A stretch of 64,000 nucleotides of DNA from Burkholderiales bacterium (GTDB lineage: Bacteria; Pseudomonadota; Gammaproteobacteria; Burkholderiales; SG8-39). The notes under the pieces are model-generated. The model did not search any database and was not told where the DNA came from. It was given only the letters and a program-made list of their open reading frames with translations. The stretch is from contig DASXAO010000089.1 of the NCBI GenBank assembly GCA_036406675.1, positions 1,419 through 65,418 on the forward strand. The letters run 5' to 3'. A program made the translations under genes and the position numbers. This document shows positions 26,293 to 36,388 of this stretch, piece by piece. How positions within the stretch are numbered: the first letter of the stretch is position 1; each line of letters opens with the position of its first letter.

Positions 26293-28224
26293 CTAGATCT
26301 CGATGCGGGTGCCGAGCTCGATCACCCGGTTGGTCGGGATGTTGAAGAAGTCGGTGATGTTGCCGGCATTGCGCGCCATGGCGGCGAACATGCGGTCGCG
26401 CCAGCGCGCCATCCCGGCGCCGCCCTCGGCGGCGGCGATCAGCTCGCGCGAGAGGAAGAACGAGGTCTCCATCATCTCGATGTCGAGGCCGGCGCCGGCG
26501 CAAAGCTTGAGCGCCCGCGTGACGTCGGGCCGGTCGAGGAAGCCATAGGAGACGAGCACCCGCCAGCACCCGTTGCCGAGCTTCTGGCACACCACGCGCT
26601 CGCGGTTGGACACCCACGGCTCCTCGCGCACCTCGACGGTGAGGAACACCACGCGCTCGTGCAGGACCTTGTTGTGGGCGAGGTTGTGGAGCAGCGCGTG
26701 CGGCGTCGCCTCGGGCGTCGCGGTGAGGAAGATCGCCGTGCCGGGGACCCGCGTCGGCGGATCGAGGAACAGCGACTTGAGGAAATCGTCGAGCGGCACC
26801 GAGGAGGCGCGCAATCGCCCGAACAGGTGCTCGCGCCCGCGCCGCCAGGTCGTCATCATGGCGAACACGCAGCTGCCGATGACCAGCGGGAACCAGCCGC
26901 CGTCGGCGATCTTGAGCAGCGTCGCGCCGAAGAACGCCAGGTCGACCACCAGGAAGAACCCGGTGGCGAGCAGGCACAGCCACAGCGGGTAGCGCCAGGC
27001 ATAGCGGACCACGAAGAAGGTGAGCAGCGTGTCGACCATCATGGTGGCCGTCACCGCCACGCCGTACGCGCCCGCGAGCCGCGACGACGAGCCGAAGCCG
27101 ATCACCGCCGCGGTCACCGCCGCGCACAGGGTCCAGTTCACCGCCGGCATGTAGACCTGCCCCATCTCGCGCGCCGAGGTGTGGATCACGTTGATCCGCG
27201 GCAGGAAGCCGAGCTGCACCGCCTGGCGGGTGATGGAGTACGCGCCCGAGATCACCGCCTGCGAGGCGATCACCGTCGCGGCGGTGGCGAGCGCCACCAT
27301 CGGATACAGGGCCCAGCCCGGCAGCAGCAGGTAGAAGGGATTGGCCACCGCCTCGGGGCGCGCGATGAGGATCGCCCCCTGGCCGAAGTAGTTGAGCACC
27401 AGCGCCGGCGCCACCAGGCTGAACCAGCCGACGCGCACCGCCTTCTTGCCGAAATGCCCCATGTCCGCGTACAGCGCCTCGGCGCCGGTCACCGCGAGCA
27501 CGACCGCGCCGAGCACGATGAAGGAGGCGAGGCCGTGGCCGGTGACGAACGCGAGCGCGTGCAGCGGATTCACCGCGCCGAGGACTACCGGGGCGCGCAC
27601 GATGCCGCCGATGCCGGCGGCGCCGATCGCGATGAACCACAGCATCGTGATCGGCCCGAAGAAGCGCCCCACGGTCGCGGTGCCGCGCACCTGGAAAGCG
27701 AACAGGGCGAGCAGCACCGCCACCGCGAGCGGGACGACGTAGGGATCGAGCAGCGTGGTGCCGATGTGCAGGCCTTCCACCGCCGAGAGCACCGAGATCG
27801 CCGGCGTCAGCACCGCGTCGCCGTAGAAGAGCGACGCTCCCGCGAGGCCGATCAGCGTGAGCGTCACCCGCCACTGCGGCTGGTCGCGCACCGCGGACGA
27901 GGCGAGCGCGATCAGCGCCATGATGCCGCCCTCGCCCCGGTTGTCCGCCCGCATGATGAGCACGACGTACTTGAGCGACACCACGATCATCAGCGCCCAG
28001 AACACGGTCGAGAGGCCGCCCAGGATGTTCTCCGGCGTGAGCGGGATGCCGTGCTGCGGCGAGAAGGTCTCCTTGACCGCGTACAGCGGGCTCGTGCCGA
28101 TGTCGCCGAACACGATGCCGAGCGCCGCGACGGTCAGGGCGCCGAGGGAGGAACGTTGGGAACGTTGGGAAACGGCGCTCTTCAAGGGGTGCCGAACGCT
28201 ACCTGCGCACTGCGCAAAATGCAA
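26293..28224 (-). CDS. kup: Kup/HAK/KT family potassium transporter (paralog 2)
   Basis: GIVFGDIGTSPLYAVKETF, RADNRGEGGIMAL and GAEALYADMGHFG. The start is uncertain: ATG 28224 or the in-frame TTG at 28185. Confidence 0.95.
   Translation of the reverse strand: MHFAQCAGSVRHPLKSAVSQRSQRSSLGALTVAALGIVFGDIGTSPLYAVKETFSPQHGIPLTPENILGGLSTVFWALMIVVSLKYVVLIMRADNRGEGGIMALIALASSAVRDQPQWRVTLTLIGLAGASLFYGDAVLTPAISVLSAVEGLHIGTTLLDPYVVPLAVAVLLALFAFQVRGTATVGRFFGPITMLWFIAIGAAGIGGIVRAPVVLGAVNPLHALAFVTGHGLASFIVLGAVVLAVTGAEALYADMGHFGKKAVRVGWFSLVAPALVLNYFGQGAILIARPEAVANPFYLLLPGWALYPMVALATAATVIASQAVISGAYSITRQAVQLGFLPRINVIHTSAREMGQVYMPAVNWTLCAAVTAAVIGFGSSSRLAGAYGVAVTATMMVDTLLTFFVVRYAWRYPLWLCLLATGFFLVVDLAFFGATLLKIADGGWFPLVIGSCVFAMMTTWRRGREHLFGRLRASSVPLDDFLKSLFLDPPTRVPGTAIFLTATPEATPHALLHNLAHNKVLHERVVFLTVEVREEPWVSNRERVVCQKLGNGCWRVLVSYGFLDRPDVTRALKLCAGAGLDIEMMETSFFLSRELIAAAEGGAGMARWRDRMFAAMARNAGNITDFFNIPTNRVIELGTRIEI
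28150..28167. repeat. Perfect 9-bp tandem duplication ggaacgttg x2 inside the kup-2 5' region
   Basis: Read directly from the sequence (ggaacgttgggaacgttgggaa). It encodes SQRSQRS in the N-terminal tail. Confidence 0.9.
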
Positions 28225-28245
28225 CCCGCCGCTCGACCTCGCGTG

Positions 28246-29946
28246 TCAGGCGCGCTTGCGGCTCGAGGTTCTGGAGAGGAGCGCGGCGTGCTGCGCCGGC
28301 GGCACGGCTTCGCCGTAGAAGAAACCCTGCACCTCGTCGCAGCCCGCCCGACGCAGGAAGCGCGCCTGCGCGTCGGTCTCGACGCCCTCCGCGACCACGC
28401 GCATCCCGAGATTGTGGCCGAGGGAGATGATCGCCTGCGCGAGCACGCCCTCGTTCCCGCCCTCGCCGACTCCGATGTCGCGCACGAACGAGCGGTCGAT
28501 CTTCAGCTTGTCGATCGGAAGGTTCTCGAGGTACGAGAGGCTCGAATAGCCGGTGCCGAAATCGTCGACCGACAGCGAGACGCCGAGCGACTTCAGCCCC
28601 TGCAGCGTGGCGATGGCCACGTCCACGTCGTGCATCACCGTGCTCTCGGTGAGCTCGAGCTCGAGGCTCTGCGGATGGATGCCGGTTTCCTCGAGCACGC
28701 GCGACACCTTGCGCACCAGGCCGTCCTCGCGGAACTGGCGCGCCGACAGGTTGACCGAGGTCAGCCCGGGCGCGAGTCCGGCGTCGATCCAGGCGCGGGT
28801 CTGGCGGCAGGCATCCGCGAGCACGAACTCGCCGATGGGCACGATGAGCCCGGTCTCCTCGGCGAGCGGGACGAAGCGCGCCGGGCGCACCAGGCCCCAT
28901 TCCGGATGCAGCCAGCGCAGCAGCGCCTCCGCGCCGGTGAGCGCGCCGGTGGCGAGGTCCACGCGGCTCTGGTAGTGCAGCACGAGCTCGCGGCGCTCGA
29001 GCGCGCGGCGCAGCGCGCTCTCCAGGGCGACGCGCTCGTTCACCCGCTCGTTCATCTCCGCGGTGTAGAACTGGAAATTGTTGCGCCCGCGCTCCTTCGC
29101 CCGGTGCATGGCCGCGTCGGCGTTCCTGAGCAGGGTCTCGACGTCGGGCCCGTCCTGCGGATAAAGGCTGATGCCCGCGCTGCAGGTGACCACCAGGTCC
29201 TTGCCGTCGATCTCGAGCGGACGGGCGAGCTCCTCGGTGACGCGCTGCATCGCGCGGTAGACGACCTCCTCGCTCGACTGGTCGTTCAGGATCAGCACGA
29301 ACTCGTCGGCGCCCAGGCGCGCGACCGTGTCGCCGTCGCGCAGCATGCCGCGCAGGCGCCCGGCCATCGCCTTGAGCAGGCGATCGCCGGTGGCGTGGCC
29401 GAGGCTCGAGTTCACGAACTTGAACTGGTCGAGGTCGATGACCGCGACGGCCACCGCGCGGCGCAGCCGCTGGCCGTACACCGACTGGCGCAGCCGGTCG
29501 TTCAGCAGCGTGCGGTTCGGCAGGCCGGTGAGCGCATCATAGTTCGCCTGGTGCTCGAGCTGCAGCTGGTAGCGCTTGCGCTCGATCGCGTACTGCATCG
29601 CGCGCAGCAGCAGCTCGCCGTCGAGGCGCGCCTTGACGAGGTAGTCCTGCGCCCCGCGCTTCACCGCGGCGAGGGCGAGATTGTCGTCGTCGTTTCCGGT
29701 GAGCACGATGATCGGCACGTCCGGCGTGCGGGCGTAGACCTTGGCGAAGGTCTCGAGGCCCAGGCTGTCGGGGAGCGAGAGGTCGAGCAGCACGAGGTCG
29801 ATGCCGCCGGCCAGGAGCCGCTGGAGGCCTTCGGCGAGGCGTCCCGCGCATTCGACCTCGAACGGCGCGCCGGGCGCCTCCGCGAGCATCTCGCGGATCA
29901 GCCGGGCGTCGCCGGGATTGTCCTCGATGAGGAGGACCCGATGCAT
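28246..29946 (-). CDS. Response-regulator receiver + GGDEF (degenerate GADEF) + EAL protein
   Basis: Receiver (LLIEDNPGD, LLDLSLPD, VLTGNDD, KRGAQDYL). GGDEF domain (DALTGLPNR, RDGDTVARLGADEF). EAL domain (GAEALLRW, QVNLS-like NLSARQF, ELTES, DDFGTGYSSLSYL, KIDRSF, AEGVET). Confidence 0.9.
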   Translation of the reverse strand: MHRVLLIEDNPGDARLIREMLAEAPGAPFEVECAGRLAEGLQRLLAGGIDLVLLDLSLPDSLGLETFAKVYARTPDVPIIVLTGNDDDNLALAAVKRGAQDYLVKARLDGELLLRAMQYAIERKRYQLQLEHQANYDALTGLPNRTLLNDRLRQSVYGQRLRRAVAVAVIDLDQFKFVNSSLGHATGDRLLKAMAGRLRGMLRDGDTVARLGADEFVLILNDQSSEEVVYRAMQRVTEELARPLEIDGKDLVVTCSAGISLYPQDGPDVETLLRNADAAMHRAKERGRNNFQFYTAEMNERVNERVALESALRRALERRELVLHYQSRVDLATGALTGAEALLRWLHPEWGLVRPARFVPLAEETGLIVPIGEFVLADACRQTRAWIDAGLAPGLTSVNLSARQFREDGLVRKVSRVLEETGIHPQSLELELTESTVMHDVDVAIATLQGLKSLGVSLSVDDFGTGYSSLSYLENLPIDKLKIDRSFVRDIGVGEGGNEGVLAQAIISLGHNLGMRVVAEGVETDAQARFLRRAGCDEVQGFFYGEAVPPAQHAALLSRTSSRKRA

Positions 29947-29965
29947 TTGTCTTTTTGCTTTCTCG

Positions 29966-30401
29966 TTATTGGCCGTTCGGCGGCAGGGTCACCACGGTGA
30001 GCCAGAAGGCGTCGATCGACTTCACCACCACGATGAACTTCTCCAGGTCGACGGGCTTGGTGACGTAGCAGTTGGCGTGCAGGTTGTACGTGCGCAGCAC
30101 GTCCTCCTCGGCCTTGGACGTGGTCAGTACCACGACCGGGATGCGCTTGAGGTCGGCGTCGTTCTTGATGTCGTGCAGCACCTCGCGCCCGTCCCTCTTC
30201 GGCAGGTTGAGGTCGAGCAGGATGATGTCGGGCCGCGGCACGCTGCGGTGCTTGCCCTGGCGGCGCAGGAACTCCATCGCCTCCACGCCGTCCTTGACCC
30301 AGTGCAGGTTGCTGTAGACCTTGCCCTCCTTGAGCGCCTCGCGCGTCAGGCGCTCGTCGCCGGGGTTGTCCTCGACCAGCAGGATCTCCACCGGCCTGTT
30401 T

Positions 30402-30412
<11 letters not shown>
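29966..30412 (-). CDS. Single-domain response regulator (CheY-like, Rcp1-type)
   Basis: ILLVEDNPGD, ILLDLNLPKRDG, VVVLTTS and ANCYVTKP. Overlaps the upstream kinase gene by 11 nt. Confidence 0.9.
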
Positions 30413-31949
<1,537 letters not shown>

Positions 31950-32066
31950 AAGCGGCGATTCTATCTCCGGGCGCGCGCCCTTGGCCTCCTAAAATGCCCT
32001 GTTGCGCCAAGGGCTTCCAAGAACCGGTGCGCACTTTGCCCGCTCGCGGTCGCGCAAAAACACCGG

Positions 32067-33032
32067 TTATGCGAACGGACGGTACAGTCCTTTCGACATG
32101 GCCTTGTGCGCGGCGAGCGGGAGCACGATGTCGAGCGTCGGCGTCGCGAGCTTCGCGGCGCGCGCGAAGGCGAGCGGCGCGACGAGCTGGGCCTCGATTT
32201 CCATCGGGCGGCCCTTCAGGTAGTCCTGCAGCATCGAAGGCCTGTGGCCGATCGCGCCCGAGACGTGGCCGCCGCCCGGCCGGTGCGGCGCGCGCGCGAT
32301 GTCGACGCCGTGCGCGGCGGCGATCGCCGCCGCCTCCGCTCTCATGCGGGCCGAGATCGCCTTGAGCTCCGCGTCTTCGGTGATGCCGGAGGTCGTGGTC
32401 TCCGCGAGCAGGCACAGGCTCGCGCTGCCCAGGTTCTGGACCAGCTTCGCCCACACCGCCTGCCGGATGTCCTGCGGCGGGGGCGAAGATATCCCGCTCG
32501 CCTCCAGCGCGCGCCGCAACCCGCCCACCACGGGCGGATTGCGGTTGTCCGCGTCTCCGATCACCAGCATGTTGTTCCCCGGCACGAAGTTGCGGATCAC
32601 GCCCGGCTCGACCACCTCGTTCGCCGAGTACACGACACCGCCCACCACGTTCCGTCTTGGAACCAGATTTTTCAGCTTCCTTCCGGGATCGAGCGCCGGA
32701 AGGTCCTCGGCGTACCACCACGGAATGCCGTTCTGCGCGAAGACCACCGCGGTCTCGGGGCCGAGCAGCGGCGCGGCCGCGTCGACGAAGCCGCCGAGCG
32801 CGTTCGCCTTGACGGTGACGAAGATGGCGTCCTGCACGCCGATGTCCGCCGTGCGCACGCGGCCGGCGATGACTTCGTCGCCGTGCAGCAGCTTCACTCC
32901 TCGCGCGCGCATGGCATCGAGGTGCGCGCCGCGCGCCACCACCGAAACCTCGTGGCCGCACGCGGCGAGCCGCGCCGCGAGATGCCCGCCGACCGCGCCG
33001 GCGCCGAAGACGCAGATGCGCATTTGCGCCAT
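32067..33032 (-). CDS. Ketopantoate reductase (PanE/ApbA) family oxidoreductase
   Basis: MRICVFGAGAVGGHLAARLA Rossmann start and a C-terminal ApbA-type domain with SMLQD. Start at ATG 33032 or 33023. Confidence 0.8.
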   Translation of the reverse strand: MAQMRICVFGAGAVGGHLAARLAACGHEVSVVARGAHLDAMRARGVKLLHGDEVIAGRVRTADIGVQDAIFVTVKANALGGFVDAAAPLLGPETAVVFAQNGIPWWYAEDLPALDPGRKLKNLVPRRNVVGGVVYSANEVVEPGVIRNFVPGNNMLVIGDADNRNPPVVGGLRRALEASGISSPPPQDIRQAVWAKLVQNLGSASLCLLAETTTSGITEDAELKAISARMRAEAAAIAAAHGVDIARAPHRPGGGHVSGAIGHRPSMLQDYLKGRPMEIEAQLVAPLAFARAAKLATPTLDIVLPLAAHKAMSKGLYRPFA

Positions 33033-33048
33033 CTTATAGAATCCCGGC

Positions 33049-34257
33049 ATGCAAGAGCGGCCTCCCGTGGTGATCGCCGGCGCCGGCCCCACGGGGCTCA
33101 TGTGCGCGCTCGCGCTCGGCGCGCAGGGCATTCCCGTCGTGGTGTGCGAGGCCGAGCCCTCGCTCACGCACGACCTGCGCGCGGGCACCTACCACCCGCC
33201 GACGCAGGACATGATGGCGAAGTACGGCATCACCCAGCGCATGCACCAGCACGGGCTGCAGGTGCGCCGCTGGCAGATCCGCAGCCGCAACGGCGGCCAG
33301 GTGGCCGAGTTCGACCTCGGGATGCTCTCCGACGTGACGGACTATCCCTACCGCCTGCACCTCGAGCAGCACCGGCTCACGCCGATCCAGCTCGACATCC
33401 TTCGCAGGCAGCCGAGCGTGCAGGTGCATTTCGGCCAGCGGGTCACCGGCTTCGAGCAGACAGAAGAGCGGCTCAAGGTGCGCGTCGAGTCCGACGGCAT
33501 CCCCGGCACCTTCGAGGCGTCGTGGCTCATCGGCGCCGATGGCGGCCGCAGCACGGTGCGAAAGCTCCTGCCGATCGAGTTCGAGGGCTTCACCTGGCCC
33601 GAGCAATTCCTGGTCGTGAGCACGCCTTACGATTTCAGCCGGCACGGCTATGCGCTCAACACCTACGTGGCCGATCCGGTCGAATGGGCGGCGCTTTTCA
33701 AGATGCCCGATGCCGGGCCGCCGGGCGTGTGGCGCGTGGTATTTCCGTGCGACCCCGGCATGCCCGACGACGCGCTGCTCGACGCCCAGCACGTGGAGGC
33801 GAAGATGCAGGGCTTCAACGCGCAAGGCTCGCCGTACGAAGTGCGCCACAAGGTCATCTACCGCGTCCACCAGCGGGTGGCGAGCGAATGGCGCGTCGGG
33901 CGCGTGCTGCTCGCGGGCGACGCCGCGCACCTCAACAACCCGCTCGGCGCCTTCGGCCTCAATAGCGGCATCCACGACGCCGTGAATCTCGCCGAGAAGC
34001 TCGGCCGGGTGTGGCGCGGCGAAAGCGGCGCGGGCCTGCTCGACCTCTACGTGCGCCAGCGCCGCGCCGCCTGCGTCGACCAGGTGCAGGCGATGTCGAT
34101 CCGCAACAAGCGCCTGCTCGAGGAGCGCGACCCCGCCGTGCAGCGTGCGCGCATGGAAGAGCTGGTCGCCACTGCCAACGACCGCGAGGAGGCGCGCGCC
34201 TTCCTGCTCGACAGCTCGATGATCTCGGGCCTGCGGAAAAGCGAGGCCGTCGCATGA
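33049..34257 (+). CDS. FAD-dependent aromatic-ring monooxygenase (PHBH/UbiH fold)
   Basis: VVIAGAGPTGLMCALAL (GxGxxG), GADGGRSTVRK and LLAGDAAHLNNPLGAFGLNSGIHDA. Confidence 0.85.
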   Translation: MQERPPVVIAGAGPTGLMCALALGAQGIPVVVCEAEPSLTHDLRAGTYHPPTQDMMAKYGITQRMHQHGLQVRRWQIRSRNGGQVAEFDLGMLSDVTDYPYRLHLEQHRLTPIQLDILRRQPSVQVHFGQRVTGFEQTEERLKVRVESDGIPGTFEASWLIGADGGRSTVRKLLPIEFEGFTWPEQFLVVSTPYDFSRHGYALNTYVADPVEWAALFKMPDAGPPGVWRVVFPCDPGMPDDALLDAQHVEAKMQGFNAQGSPYEVRHKVIYRVHQRVASEWRVGRVLLAGDAAHLNNPLGAFGLNSGIHDAVNLAEKLGRVWRGESGAGLLDLYVRQRRAACVDQVQAMSIRNKRLLEERDPAVQRARMEELVATANDREEARAFLLDSSMISGLRKSEAVA

Positions 34258-35105
34258 AGATCTGCCGCTACGACGATGCTCGCATCGGCCTGGTGCAGGG
34301 CGACATGGTCCGCGACGTGACCGCGGTCGCCGCGGAGCTCGGCAGCTTCGGCTATCCGCTGCCGAAGTTCGATCCTTTCGTCGCCAACCTCCAGTCCCTG
34401 AAACCGAGGCTCGAAGCCGCTGCACGGACGGGGAAAACCATTCCACTGGACCGCGTGAAGCTGCTCGCGCCGGTGGCGAACCCGGGAAAGATCATCGCCG
34501 CGCCGGTGAACTACGCGAAGCACCTGCAGGAGGCGCTCGCCGACAAGGGCATCCACCACGGCAACCTCGTGAGCGAGATCCACAAGGCGGGGATGTTCCT
34601 CAAGGCGACCAGCGCGGTGGTCGGCCCAGGCGAGGGCGTGAAGCTGGTCCACACCGACCGCCGCAACGACCACGAGGTCGAGCTGGCGCTCGTCATAGGC
34701 CGCAGCGCGAAAAACGTCAGCGCCGCGGCCGCGCTCGACCACGTCGCCGGCTACTGCATCGGCCTCGACATGACGATCCGCGGGCCCGAGGAGCGCAGCC
34801 TGCGCAAGTCGCCCGATTCGTATTGCGTGCTGGGCCCGTGGCTCGTCACCCCCGACGAGGTGGACGATCCCGGCAGGCTGCAGGTCTCGATCGCGGTCAA
34901 CGGCGAGCCCCGCCAGGATGCCAGCACGAGCGATCTCATCCTCGGCGTGGCGGAGCTGATCGCATGGGGCTCGTCGTTCTACACGTTGCACCCAGGCGAC
35001 GTGATCCTCACGGGCACGCCGCAGGGCGTGGGACCGGTCAAGCCCGGCGACACGATGCACGCGCGCATCGAGCGCATCGGCGCCATGCAGGTGAGAGTGT
35101 CCTAA
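34254..35105 (+). CDS. Fumarylacetoacetate hydrolase (FAH) family protein
   Basis: The ATG overlaps the upstream stop (ATGA). HEVELALVIG, GYCIGLDMT, LHPGDVILTGTPQGVG. Confidence 0.85.
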   Translation: MKICRYDDARIGLVQGDMVRDVTAVAAELGSFGYPLPKFDPFVANLQSLKPRLEAAARTGKTIPLDRVKLLAPVANPGKIIAAPVNYAKHLQEALADKGIHHGNLVSEIHKAGMFLKATSAVVGPGEGVKLVHTDRRNDHEVELALVIGRSAKNVSAAAALDHVAGYCIGLDMTIRGPEERSLRKSPDSYCVLGPWLVTPDEVDDPGRLQVSIAVNGEPRQDASTSDLILGVAELIAWGSSFYTLHPGDVILTGTPQGVGPVKPGDTMHARIERIGAMQVRVS

Positions 35106-35107
35106 AG

Positions 35108-35138
35108 AAAAGGGCCGAGCTTCGCGCCCGGCCCTTCT
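35108..35138. terminator. Probable terminator hairpin between convergent genes
   Basis: aagggccg ... cggccctt inverted repeat with an A-run before it and tct after it. Confidence 0.5.
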
Positions 35139-35155
35139 CACGAGCCTTACTGCAA

Positions 35156-35584
35156 TTACTGCGACTTCTTGGCTGGGTCCTGCGTGGACGAGGACGAGGA
35201 GCCGCTCGGGGTCGAGCTGCTGCTCGGCGAGGAGCTGCTCGCGCCGCTGCTGGGCGAGCTGGAGCTCGGGGAGCTGGAGCTGGAGCTCGGGGAGCTGGAG
35301 CTGGCGCCGCCCGAGGCGGTGCCGGACTTGGTGCTGTCGCTGGAGGCCGACCCGCTCATGCCCGACGACGAGCTCGAGGAGGGGCTGGCCGGGCTCGACG
35401 AAGACGACGGGCTCGACGAGCTGGACGAGGCGCCGCCAGACGGCGACGACGAAGGCGAGCTGCTGCTCGGTGAAGACGTGCTCGAGCTCGGGGAACCGGA
35501 CGTCTTGCTGGAACTGGCGCCGCGGTCGCACGCGGCTAGACCAAGGGCAAGCGCCACTGCAACTGCGATAGCGGAAAGCTTCAT
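35156..35584 (-). CDS. Serine-rich low-complexity lipoprotein (142 aa)
   Basis: GGAGG 6 nt upstream of ATG 35584. Signal peptide with lipobox MKLSAIAVAVALALGLAAC. The mature part is about 60% Ser by my count, with Pro, Gly, Thr and Ala. Confidence 0.7.
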   Translation of the reverse strand: MKLSAIAVAVALALGLAACDRGASSSKTSGSPSSSTSSPSSSSPSSSPSGGASSSSSSPSSSSSPASPSSSSSSGMSGSASSDSTKSGTASGGASSSSPSSSSSSPSSSSPSSGASSSSPSSSSTPSGSSSSSTQDPAKKSQ

Positions 35585-35700
35585 GTGTCCTCCATGGTTG
35601 GGGTACAAGGAAGCAGCAAATTGCGCGCCCGGCCTAAACCCTTGATTGAGAAGGGGCTAAACCGCGCGCGCAGAACACTTTTCCGTGGAGACGGAAGTTC

Positions 35701-35952
35701 TTACTTGCTGCTGGAGCTTCCCGAGCTGCTCGGGCTGCTCGGGCTCGAGCTCGGGCCCGACGGCGACTTCTTCGAAGCGCTGCTGCCGGTCGAGCCGGTG
35801 CTCGAGCTGCCGCTGGTGCCCGACGTGCTGGAGCCGCTCGGAGACGATGTTGCGCCGCCCGAGGCCGACTTGCCGTTGTCGCGATCGCACCCGGTAACGA
35901 GGACGGTTCCGAGGGACAACGCGAGTGCCGCCACCAATGCCGTAAATTTCAT
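35701..35952 (-). CDS. Serine-rich low-complexity lipoprotein (83 aa), paralog of the neighbour
   Basis: Same 12-nt CAACCATGGAGG upstream element. Lipobox MKFTALVAALALSLGTVLVTGC. The mature part is about 50% Ser. Confidence 0.65.
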   Translation of the reverse strand: MKFTALVAALALSLGTVLVTGCDRDNGKSASGGATSSPSGSSTSGTSGSSSTGSTGSSASKKSPSGPSSSPSSPSSSGSSSSK

Positions 35953-35995
35953 GCTCACCTCCATGGTTGTGTGTGCCAACTGAACGGAGCAAGGA

Positions 35996-36388
35996 ATGGA
36001 CCGACAAACCGTTTTTACGAAGACCGTGCTCTACACGGATCACGACGGCCGTGCGAAATTCCGCGAGGAACGCGTGTTCCTCGTCGAAGGGACGCCGCAG
36101 TCGCGTCTTTCGGCACTCCTCCCCGCCTCCGGCTACCAGCTGCGGGAAAGCCCGGTCGGCTTCCGCAGCGAGTTCCACTGCACGCCCAAGCCGCAGTGGG
36201 TGTTCATCCTGCAAGGCGAAATGGAGATCGGGCTCCAGGACGGCAGCTCGCGCTTGTTCTGCCCCGGAACGCACTTTTTTGCGGCCGACGTGCTGCCCGA
36301 AGGCGCGCGCTTCGACGCCAAGCTGCATGGACACTGGAGCGCGCAGCGCGGCGCCCAGCCGCTCGTCACGCTGTTCCTAAAGGTCTAG
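35996..36388 (+). CDS. Small cupin-like hypothetical protein (130 aa)
   Basis: AAGGA before the ATG. Beta-rich sequence with FHCTPKPQWVFILQGEMEIGLQDG, typical of a cupin strand pair. Confidence 0.6.
   Translation: MDRQTVFTKTVLYTDHDGRAKFREERVFLVEGTPQSRLSALLPASGYQLRESPVGFRSEFHCTPKPQWVFILQGEMEIGLQDGSSRLFCPGTHFFAADVLPEGARFDAKLHGHWSAQRGAQPLVTLFLKV

Noticed and set aside
35169-35645. The + strand ORF encoding LELGELELELGELELA-type repeats.
   Set aside because: It is the mirror image of the serine-rich lipoprotein gene. The minus-strand frame has a Shine-Dalgarno, a signal peptide and a lipobox, and the + frame has none of these.
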